Assembly: GCA_964513865.1 (NCBI GenBank) | Contig: CAZENX010000002.1 | Coordinates: 1 to 40,959, forward strand | Direction of reading: 5' to 3' | Source: an uncultured Methanosarcinales archaeon | GTDB lineage: Archaea > Nanobdellota > Nanobdellia > Woesearchaeales > PXDW01 | DNA length: 40,959 nt | Part shown: in pieces, positions 1-6,413 of the stretch | How the letters are laid out: each line of letters starts with the position of its first letter | Numbering within the stretch: the first letter of the stretch is position 1 | Program-made: the position numbers and the translations under genes | The notes under the pieces: generated by a model | What the model was told of the DNA's origin: nothing | The model's input: the letters and a program-made list of their open reading frames with translations, nothing else | Database searches by the model: none

Positions 1-2356
1 GATAGGGGATTATCCATTGTATTTCATCTATTAAACCATCTTCATCATAATCAACATAATCATAAATTTCAGCAGAAACTTTGCTTTCATTTACAATATG
101 ATAAAGTTTTATAGCATCTTTTGGTACATCATCTAATAAAGTATAAGCTAAAATATTCTCATAATGTATGTCAGAACTAACCAGAATCTTTTTGTCTTTT
201 CCTTCAAGTTCCCTTTCAATAGTTCTTGGACCAGGTGTTTCATACTCTATTTCTATCTCCTGAGCAATATCTTCAATAATTAAGGTTTTATTGTCCTCAG
301 GAATGCCAACAACCATTCCTGTAATACTATTAGCTAACCATCTATAGGCATTGACAAAAATATTACCGGAATATACAACAGAACCTGTAATCAAATTTGT
401 AGAGGTTGCTTCCACAACAATATCATCTTCCTCAATCTTTATCTTTTCAGGAGGAACCGTTTCCTTAGTTCCATTAATTACTTTAGAAACATTAATCTTT
501 ACTGCTTCTTTATGAATATCAGTAGTGATATTAAAAGTTAGATTAGAGGCATTCAATCTCTTAACCCATTTTACTGGTTTATTGACAACAACAAAACCCT
601 GTGTAAGATTTTCAGTAATGTTTACTAATGAGACATTTAATATAGATATATTTGTAATATTTGCAGTTATGTTTATACTTATATTAGTAATATTCAGGCT
701 TACATTTATAGATATGTTTTCACTAATGTTCAGACTTATATTTGTTATTTCAAAAATATTAAAAATCACCTCAGAAATGCTTTCATTTATTACTTTACTG
801 TCAGAATAATTTAAAGCAGTTAAATTAATAGTAATATTATATTCATCTACATTACTAATAACATCTAAACTAGTTTGTTCAATTCCATAAGGTTTTATCT
901 CAGCAAAATAAGCCTGCTCAAATCTTGAAGTTAAATTATCTTCTGAGGATGCTCCAAGTGTTATTTCTTCTATTGTTTTGTTTAACCTATTGTTAATAAC
1001 AACAGAAACATTTTTTTTAGTAATATTTTCCTCAACAGGCTTAACTGTTTTTTTATATCTAATTTTACTAATATTAATAAAACCATTTTCAATCTCAATA
1101 ATCAAAGTAATGTTTTTATTAACATCATCTAAGAAACAGGTATCTACACATACATATTCGAATTCAATTATTTCAGGCTCTTCAGGCGTTATATTTATTT
1201 CTGGTGTAATATTTTCAGGAGTTACATTAATTTCAGGGGTAACATTTATCTCTGGGGTGATATTAGTTGGAATTGCCTCAGGAGTTTCAGGAACTTCTGG
1301 TTCAGTTACATTTTCTGGAATCTCAGTTACATTCTCAGGTATAATCTCTTCTGTAATATTTTCTGGAGTTATATTAATCTCTTCTGTTATATTTTCATCT
1401 ATAGTTTCATTAATCTCTATACTAACATTAATTGTTTCTACAGCTATTGTTTTGTTGACATTATACTCTGGATCATAAACATCAACTTTTAAGAAAATTG
1501 AGTAATTAATCAAAATAGGGGTGTCAACATTCAGTTTTGTTTCTATAATCTCATTTGCAGATAAACTTGAATAATAAGCCTGATCAAAGCTTAAGGTTAC
1601 ATTTTTATCAGAAGCAACAGCAGATAGTGTAATCTCATTTAATTCTCTATCCAAATTATTGACTATCTGCAGAGAAAAAGAATCTTTTGAAGCTAAAGAA
1701 AAAAAATCAGGAACAACCAGACTTACAGGTTGATTTAAATCGGGGGTTTCATTAGAATCAGAAAAATTATCTGAACCTTCTAATATAACCATACCTGTAA
1801 TGCCGGTTATTCCTGCTGAAGAAAGAACATCAGAGTCCAGAACAATATAGCTTATATTGTTCAGGTATACCTTTACTTTTCCATTGAGAGAGCCAGAGAC
1901 GAGGAAAGAGTCAATATTATCTTCTAAGATAAGATTATAGCTGGCACTTTCATTAAAAAATAAATTGACTTCTTCCTCAATAATCTCTGCCTCTGGACCA
2001 ATTACAAAACCAGTAATTCCTTCATATCTAACAACAAAGAATAAAATGAAGAATATGAAAAATGCAGCAGCAATTCCTGCTTTAATATAGTTCCCTTCTC
2101 TTATTATCCTCTCATAATGATTCTTTAATCTTAAACATTTATGCAAAGCTTCTTTATTCTTTCTGATATAAGAAGCTAAACTTAAATCATGAAGTCTTTT
2201 TTTTAATAATTGATTAAATTCTTTTTTAGAAATTTCACCTTGCTTTAATCTTTCTTTTTGTTCTTCTACAAATTCCAAAGCCTTTTTTTCATCCCATCTT
2301 AATATCTTGATTTTTCTATCCAAAGCTTCAATCTTTTTATGATATTTACTAGTCAT
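1..2356 (-). CDS. Large membrane-anchored, N-glycosylation-sequon-rich surface/adhesin-like protein (partial; C-terminal part runs off the left window edge)
   Basis: Not in the supplied ORF track. My manual reverse-complement translation from ATG at 2356..2354 stayed open to position 1 (about 785 codons). N-terminus is MTSKYHKKIEALDRKIKILRWDEKKALEFVEEQKERLKQGEISKKEF. One TM helix follows (AGIAAAFFIFFILFFVV), then a long ectodomain. Four ITG[FMS]V motifs, dozens of N-x-S/T sequons, and a D-rich YDYVDYDEDGLIDE segment near the window edge. Confidence 0.6.
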   Translation of the reverse strand, partial: MTSKYHKKIEALDRKIKILRWDEKKALEFVEEQKERLKQGEISKKEFNQLLKKRLHDLSLASYIRKNKEALHKCLRLKNHYERIIREGNYIKAGIAAAFFIFFILFFVVRYEGITGFVIGPEAEIIEEEVNLFFNESASYNLILEDNIDSFLVSGSLNGKVKVYLNNISYIVLDSDVLSSAGITGITGMVILEGSDNFSDSNETPDLNQPVSLVVPDFFSLASKDSFSLQIVNNLDRELNEITLSAVASDKNVTLSFDQAYYSSLSANEIIETKLNVDTPILINYSIFLKVDVYDPEYNVNKTIAVETINVSIEINETIDENITEEINITPENITEEIIPENVTEIPENVTEPEVPETPEAIPTNITPEINVTPEINVTPENITPEINITPEEPEIIEFEYVCVDTCFLDDVNKNITLIIEIENGFINISKIRYKKTVKPVEENITKKNVSVVINNRLNKTIEEITLGASSEDNLTSRFEQAYFAEIKPYGIEQTSLDVISNVDEYNITINLTALNYSDSKVINESISEVIFNIFEITNISLNISENISINVSLNITNISINITANITNISILNVSLVNITENLTQGFVVVNKPVKWVKRLNASNLTFNITTDIHKEAVKINVSKVINGTKETVPPEKIKIEEDDIVVEATSTNLITGSVVYSGNIFVNAYRWLANSITGMVVGIPEDNKTLIIEDIAQEIEIEYETPGPRTIERELEGKDKKILVSSDIHYENILAYTLLDDVPKDAIKLYHIVNESKVSAEIYDYVDYDEDGLIDEIQWIIPY
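600..750 (-). repeat. Dense array of N-x-S/T sequons inside the surface protein (low-complexity coding repeat)
   Basis: Minus-strand translation reads NISLNISENISINVSLNITNISINITANITNISILNVSLVNITENLT, at least 12 sequons in about 47 aa. Coordinates approximate. Confidence 0.6.
1165..1425 (-). repeat. Imperfect 15-18 nt tandem coding repeats encoding (I/E)N(I/V)TPE units in the surface protein
   Basis: Minus-strand translation reads ...ENITEEINITPENITEEIIPENVTEIPENVTEPEVPETPEAIPTNITPEINVTPEINVTPENITPEINITPEEPE. The units ATAAATGTTACCCCTGAA and ATTAATGTAACTCCTGAA are adjacent. Coordinates approximate. Confidence 0.6.
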
Positions 2357-2484
2357 TTTTTCTTTTTCTTTGCCCTGTTATAGCAAGTCCAAATAGTTCT
2401 ATCATCTCTATTTGTAAGAGAAGCAATTTCATGATAGCTAAGCTTCAGTTTTTCTTTTAGATAAAGAGAAATCGCCTCTAACAC
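2353..2484 (-). CDS. Small helix-turn-helix protein (sigma-70 region 4/LuxR-like HTH); start codon uncertain
   Basis: The frame is open on the minus strand from 2673 to TGA at 2355..2353. It encodes ...KIEVPSNIFKDRSLSVLEAISLYLKEKLKLSYHEIASLTNRDDRTIWTCYNRAKKKKK. The only canonical in-frame start is GTG at 2484..2482, and there is no in-frame ATG or TTG. The stop overlaps the ATG of the downstream surface-protein gene (ATGA). Confidence 0.4.
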   Translation of the reverse strand: MLEAISLYLKEKLKLSYHEIASLTNRDDRTIWTCYNRAKKKKK

Positions 2485-2784
2485 AGATAAGGAACGGTCT
2501 TTAAATATATTGCTCGGGACTTCTATCTTAGAATTAAAATTAAATTCAGCTTTCTTTGAGAGATTTTTGCCAGCTATCTTGAAACCCCTTTTATGGAAAA
2601 TATACTGTAGAGTATATCGTCGAATAATACTTACATTGTAAGTAAGAACTCCTATATATATTTTTCTATTTTTTCAGAGAAAAAGTATGAATTTAGTAAA
2701 TATATCTACTATTTAAACCTTTTGAAAATTATTTCCGAAAAAACCGGATAAAGCACTAGACATTCTTAAGGAATATTTTTAAAT

Positions 2785-3438
2785 TTGTTTTTCATCATTT
2801 TCTTTAGAGGCAAATTGATAAAAATAATTCCAAAAAATAAAAAATCATTCTCTGAACTTCTTGGAATAATGTTCGGAGATGGATGTCTTTCTAGATCAGG
2901 GGATAAACACTCAATTTATATAAGTGGGAATAAAGACGAATCTTCTTATATCAATTACATTAATTCTCTATTCAAGTCTATTTTTAATAAAGAGACAAAT
3001 GTGGGCTTTAGAAAAGATGAAAACACTTTGTTTATAAGATTTAGTGATAAAAATGTCTTTGATATATTTAAAAAATACTTGCCTATAGGAAAGAAATATG
3101 GAAAATTAGAAATACCTAACTTTATTCTTGATAATGAATACTATTTCTTTCAGTTTCTAAGAGGACTTTTTGATACAGATGGTTGTTTAGTTTTATCTAA
3201 ACAACACAAAAATAATCCATACTATCCAAGAATTGAAATAACAAGTAAATCAAAAAGATTTCTAAAGCAAATTCTATTATATCTAAAAAATGTTGGTTTT
3301 TATGGTTCAATCTCATCAAAAGGAGGAAAAAGTTATAGATTAGAACTGCCGGGGTTTGAGAATTTTAGTTTGTGGAGATTATTAATCAATTCAAAAAATC
3401 CAAAAAATTTGAAAAAATTTATATTGGTTAAAAAGTAG
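2785..3438 (+). CDS. Free-standing double-motif LAGLIDADG homing endonuclease
   Basis: Two LAGLIDADG-type motifs at the expected spacing: LLGIMFGDGCL and FLRGLFDTDGCL, about 100 aa apart. TTG start in the track; the exact start is uncertain. No flanking Hint/intein blocks. Confidence 0.8.
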   Translation: MFFIIFFRGKLIKIIPKNKKSFSELLGIMFGDGCLSRSGDKHSIYISGNKDESSYINYINSLFKSIFNKETNVGFRKDENTLFIRFSDKNVFDIFKKYLPIGKKYGKLEIPNFILDNEYYFFQFLRGLFDTDGCLVLSKQHKNNPYYPRIEITSKSKRFLKQILLYLKNVGFYGSISSKGGKSYRLELPGFENFSLWRLLINSKNPKNLKKFILVKK

Positions 3439-3444
3439 AAATCT

Positions 3445-3452
3445 TTATAAAT
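3445..3452 (+). promoter_or_regulatory. Candidate archaeal TATA box upstream of the tRNA pair
   Basis: TTTATAAA lies about 35-40 nt upstream of tRNA position 1 (3486), which allows a short 5' leader. Confidence 0.35.
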
Positions 3453-3515
3453 TACCTAAAATCACACAACTATAGTCAGAAATATGCCTCGGTAGCTTAG
3501 TAGGTTGAGCGTGCG

Positions 3516-3536
3516 AATTCTGACAAGAATCACGAA
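3516..3536 (+). other. tRNA-Asn intron 1 (non-canonical position 30/31) with a strict bulge-helix-bulge motif
   Basis: H helix CGTG(3510-3513)/CACG(3531-3534). The 3-nt bulges are CGA(3514-3516) and AAG(3535-3537). Inner helix ATTCT/AGAAT closed by a GACA loop. Cutting after the 2nd bulge nucleotide joins TGCG to G, restoring a perfect anticodon stem. Confidence 0.7.
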
Positions 3537-3543
3537 GCTGTTA

Positions 3544-3557
3544 ACCTATTAGCAGTC
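3544..3557 (+). other. tRNA-Asn intron 2 (canonical 37/38), 14 nt
   Basis: H helix CTGT(32-35)/GCAG(3552-3555), including one G-U pair. The 5' bulge is TA|A and the 3' bulge TC|A, adjacent to stem strand CCGCA. There is no inner helix (7-nt loop), so the motif is relaxed. Confidence 0.65.
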
Positions 3558-3644
3558 ACCGCAAGGTCGGCAGTTCGAGTCTGCCCCGAGGCGCTTTTTC
3601 ATTAAGGGCCTGTAGCATAGTCTGGCTGGTGCGCACGACTGATA

Positions 3645-3656
3645 GCTTTGTCTGAA
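3645..3656 (+). other. tRNA-Ile intron 1 (canonical 37/38), 12 nt
   Basis: H helix CTGA(3639-3642)/TCTG(3651-3654) with one U-U mismatch. Bulges TA|G and AA|A. Very short, relaxed BHB. Confidence 0.55.
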
Positions 3657-3678
3657 ATCGTGAGGTCCGGAGTTCAAA

Positions 3679-3709
3679 AGCTAAAAGGTTCAAACCTTTG
3701 GTTTGAAAG
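3679..3709 (+). other. tRNA-Ile intron 2 (T-loop, position 59/60), 31 nt
   Basis: The T stem CGGAG/CTCCG acts as the outer helix. H helix TTCA(3673-3676)/TGAA(3704-3707) is perfect. Bulges are AAA(3677-3679) and AGT(3708-3710). Cutting after the 2nd bulge nucleotide gives T-loop TTCAAAT. The intron holds an internal hairpin AAAGG-TTCAAA-CCTTT (3684-3699). Confidence 0.65.
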
Positions 3710-3750
3710 TCTCCGCAGGCCCATTCCATCACTGGACATCCTTACCCAAA

Positions 3751-3759
3751 TTATATAAA
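3751..3759 (+). promoter_or_regulatory. Candidate TATA box for a leaderless helicase-fragment mRNA
   Basis: TTATATAAA is centred about 27 nt upstream of ATG 3782. Confidence 0.4.
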
Positions 3760-3781
3760 TGTAATAAACTTCTTTTTTTGT

Positions 3782-5338
3782 ATGAAGGAAAAAATAAATA
3801 CAGAATATTCTGATGCTACGATAAACCTTGCATTAAACACTCTTGAAAAAAATAAACAAGCTTTAGTCTTTGTAAATACAAGAAGATCAGCTGAATCTAC
3901 TGCAGAAAAGATTTCTTTGAAAATAAAGTCCACTAATAAAAAGCTAATGGAATTAGCAGATAAAGTACTTCGTATTCTGCAAAATCCAACAAAGCAATGC
4001 AAAAGATTAGCTTTATGTATAAAAAAAGGTATTGCTTTTCATCATTCTGGCTTAACCCATAAGCAAAGAGAGCTTATAGAGGATAATTTTAGGAATGGTC
4101 TTATTAAAATAATCTGCTGTACTCCTACATTAGCATATGGTGTTGACCTTCCAGCATTCAGAACAATAATCAGGGATTTATACAGATATGGAGGAATACA
4201 TGGAACAGAAAATATTCCTGTTTTAGAATATCTGCAGATTTCTGGCAGGGCAGGAAGACCAAAATATGATTCTTTTGGTGAATCTATTGCTGTTTCAAAG
4301 TCTAAATCAAACAAAGAAAAAATAGTTGAGACATATGTAAAAGGAGAGCCAGAGGAAATCATTTCAAAACTAGCAGTTGAACCAGTTTTAAGAACATATA
4401 TTTTAAGTCTTATAGCAGGTGAATTTGTAAAAACAAAAAAAGAGCTTTTGGAATTTTTTGAAAAAACCTTCTATGCAATGCAATATGAAGATATAGAAGG
4501 TATTGAAAGAATCTTAACAAAAATTATTCATCTACTGGAAGAATGGGAATTTTTAAAATCAACAAAAGATGATTTTATATCTGCTAAAGAGATTAATGAG
4601 GACAAGCTGGAAGCAACTAAGCTAGGGAAGAGAGTTTCAGAGCTTTACATAGACCCGTTAACAGCTTTTAATATACTAACCTGCTTAAGAAAGGCTTCTT
4701 CAAAGATAATAAGAGAATTCTCTTTTTTACATGTAATATCCTCAACTCTGGAAATGAGGCCTTTATTAAAAACAAGAATGAAAGAATTTGATGAAATGCA
4801 GGAGAAAATAGCAGAATTTCAGGATTATTTGTTAATAAATGAGCCCAACATATATGAACCAGAGTATGAAGAATTTGTTGATACAATAAAAACAGCAATG
4901 ATATTCCAGGAATGGATAGATGAAAAGGACGAAGAGTTTTTATTGGAGAAGTATAATGTAAGGCCAGGAGAGCTAAGAGCAAAACTAACTATAGCTGATT
5001 GGCTGCTTTATGCAACAGAAGAACTAGCTAGGTTGCTTCAATTCCAGAATTTAATCAAGAAGATAAGAAAAACAAGGTTCAGATTAAAGTATGGTATTAA
5101 AGAAGAGCTTATGCCTCTTGTCAAGTTAAAAAACATCGGAAGAGTAAGAGCACGTACTTTATTTATAAACAAGATAAGAGATATTGGAGATGTAAAGAAA
5201 GCAGATTTAATAAAATTAGCACAATTATTAGGAAAAAACATAGCAATAGATGTGAAGAAACAGGTTGGACAGGATTTTTCTAAATTAAAGGTCAAGGAAA
5301 GAAAAAGAAAAGGCCAGATAAGTATAAAAGATTTTTAA
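3782..5338 (+). CDS. Hel308/Ski2-like DNA/RNA helicase, C-terminal fragment only (RecA2, winged helix, ratchet and HhH-like domains); RecA1 half absent
   Basis: The ORF begins at motif IV (ALVFVNTRRSAE). It then has AFHHSGL, motif V CCTPTLAYGVDLPA and motif VI QISGRAGRPKYD, followed by a long helical C-terminal region. Walker A, DEVH and SAT motifs are missing. Upstream sequence is tRNA genes plus its own TATA box. Confidence 0.8.
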   Translation: MKEKINTEYSDATINLALNTLEKNKQALVFVNTRRSAESTAEKISLKIKSTNKKLMELADKVLRILQNPTKQCKRLALCIKKGIAFHHSGLTHKQRELIEDNFRNGLIKIICCTPTLAYGVDLPAFRTIIRDLYRYGGIHGTENIPVLEYLQISGRAGRPKYDSFGESIAVSKSKSNKEKIVETYVKGEPEEIISKLAVEPVLRTYILSLIAGEFVKTKKELLEFFEKTFYAMQYEDIEGIERILTKIIHLLEEWEFLKSTKDDFISAKEINEDKLEATKLGKRVSELYIDPLTAFNILTCLRKASSKIIREFSFLHVISSTLEMRPLLKTRMKEFDEMQEKIAEFQDYLLINEPNIYEPEYEEFVDTIKTAMIFQEWIDEKDEEFLLEKYNVRPGELRAKLTIADWLLYATEELARLLQFQNLIKKIRKTRFRLKYGIKEELMPLVKLKNIGRVRARTLFINKIRDIGDVKKADLIKLAQLLGKNIAIDVKKQVGQDFSKLKVKERKRKGQISIKDF

Positions 5339-6345
5339 TCAAGCAATTCACTAACAGATTCCCTGTTATGGATTCTTGATATAACCTCTGCAAACAATTG
5401 GGCAACTGAAACCTCTTCATACCATGGATTTTTTTTGAAAAAATCTTTGTCTCTATAGATAGCATCAGTCCCAATTACTTTCTTTATTGTTCCTTTTTTG
5501 TATAATTCAGAGAACTCTTTTATAGCATCTCCATTAAAGAAACCAAAGGTAGTTGCAACATAGATGTCTTTTACACCTTCCTTTGCTATCTCATTTACAA
5601 TCTTTATTATTGTGCCGCCAGAATCTATCATGTCATCTACTAATAAGATATTTTTACCTTTGATATCCCCTATTCTTATATAACTTTCAATATCTCCTTT
5701 TAGGCTTCTTTCTTTATAATAAATAACTACATTCGCATTAAGTTTTTTTGCGTAATATTTTGCACGAGCGGTTCCGCCAATATCAGGAGAAACTACTGCA
5801 AGATTTTTTAAAATATCACTATGTTTTTCTTTGAGCTTATCAATAATAATCTTTGAAGCATGTAAATTCTGGGCTTTGGCTTTCCTGAAGAAACCTTCAA
5901 TAACACTTGAATGAAGGTCTATTGTTATAACCCTCTTTGCTCCAAGATTCTCTAGTTCCATGGCTGCAATCTGGGCAGTAATTGCCTCTCTCTCCTGTTT
6001 TCTCTCCTGTCTTGAATAAGGGTAATAAGGAATAATTACATTTATTTCCTCAGCATCAGAGTAATAGGCTGCCTGTATCAATGTTTTTAAAATCAGGAAA
6101 TCATCATTTACGCTCCTTCCTGCATAAGGGTTTCCAATGCATTGTATTATATAAACATCATTGCCTCTTATATTCTCCTTAATTGTTGTTTTGAATTCTG
6201 TATTCCTAAACTTGACTTCTTCAGTTTTTTTAATAAAATGCTTTACTTTCTTTTCTGCCAGATATTTAGAAATCCTTTCTGTAAAATATTTTCCTGATTC
6301 ACAGCTTAATAATGCTAAATTAAAATTGTTGTTACTTATTTTCAT
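5335..6345 (-). CDS. prs: Ribose-phosphate pyrophosphokinase (PRPP synthase) family protein
   Basis: Motifs YYPYSRQERK, SPDIGGTARAKYYAKKL and the PRPP-binding loop LLVDDMIDSGGT. Confidence 0.8.
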   Translation of the reverse strand: MKISNNNFNLALLSCESGKYFTERISKYLAEKKVKHFIKKTEEVKFRNTEFKTTIKENIRGNDVYIIQCIGNPYAGRSVNDDFLILKTLIQAAYYSDAEEINVIIPYYPYSRQERKQEREAITAQIAAMELENLGAKRVITIDLHSSVIEGFFRKAKAQNLHASKIIIDKLKEKHSDILKNLAVVSPDIGGTARAKYYAKKLNANVVIYYKERSLKGDIESYIRIGDIKGKNILLVDDMIDSGGTIIKIVNEIAKEGVKDIYVATTFGFFNGDAIKEFSELYKKGTIKKVIGTDAIYRDKDFFKKNPWYEEVSVAQLFAEVISRIHNRESVSELLD

Positions 6346-6413
6346 CCCCCCTTTTAAGGTGTATAAATTAAATCTTTATAAATCTTATTGAAATAGAAAA
6401 ATAAAAAGGATTT

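Larger units (their letters stand above)
3486..3593 (+). tRNA. tRNA-Asn(GUU) with two introns (21 nt at 30/31 and 14 nt at 37/38); no encoded CCA
   Basis: Acceptor GCCTCGG/CCGAGGC with discriminator G. D arm GCTT-AGTAGGTT-GAGC. T arm GGCAG-TTCGAGT-CTGCC. After removing 3516..3536 and 3544..3557 the anticodon arm is TGCGG-CTGTTAA-CCGCA (5 perfect bp, C32 U33 GUU A37 A38). Mature length 73 nt. Confidence 0.8.
3606..3723 (+). tRNA. tRNA-Ile(GAU) with two introns (12 nt at 37/38 and 31 nt in the T-loop at 59/60); no encoded CCA
   Basis: Acceptor GGGCCTG/CAGGCCC with discriminator A. D arm GCAT-AGTCTGGCTG-GTGC. Anticodon arm CACGA-CTGATAA-TCGTG after removing 3645..3656. T arm CGGAG-TTCAAAT-CTCCG after removing 3679..3709. 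Mature length 75 nt. The GGGCC... acceptor and AGTCTGG D-loop match my memory of archaeal tRNA-Ile. Confidence 0.75.

Noticed and set aside
525-1478. Plus-strand track ORFs 525..809 and 978..1478 (F/I/S/V-rich low-complexity proteins)
   Set aside because: They are antisense shadows of the long minus-strand surface-protein ORF (1..2356). That ORF gives a coherent protein with a TM anchor and structured repeats. The plus-strand products are compositional artefacts of AAT/ATT-rich codons.
3486-3593. Alternative reading of the first tRNA as tRNA-Arg(UCU) with one 35-nt intron at 37/38
   Set aside because: It requires A32, an A31-C39 mismatch, and no acceptable BHB at the junctions (ATTC does not pair with GCAG). 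The two-intron model gives a perfect stem, a strict BHB, and a G73 discriminator appropriate for Asn.
3684-3699. Inner hairpin AAAGG-TTCAAA-CCTTT as the true T-arm of the second tRNA
   Set aside because: Its loop is 6 nt, and it is not contiguous with the acceptor 3' strand. CGGAG/CTCCG directly abuts the variable loop and the acceptor strand, so that is the real T stem. The inner hairpin lies inside the excised intron.
3606-3723. Alternative splice register giving anticodon GAA (Phe) or UGA (Ser) for the second tRNA
   Set aside because: The BHB register (bulges TA|G and AA|A next to the stem) gives CUGAUAA. The GGGCC acceptor and AGTCTGG D-loop resemble archaeal tRNA-Ile. There is no long variable arm for Ser. 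Phe remains a minor possibility, because the H helix has a U-U mismatch.
3782-5338. Intein or frameshift as the explanation for the missing helicase N-terminus
   Set aside because: There are no Hint/intein blocks and no upstream open frame. The 5' flank is two tRNA genes and a TATA box, so the gene genuinely starts at the RecA2 domain.
4042-5474. Minus-strand ORFs inside the helicase gene (4042..4362, 4668..4982, 5038..5295, 5292..5474)
   Set aside because: They are antisense to a gene with clear helicase motifs. Their products lack motifs and have skewed composition.
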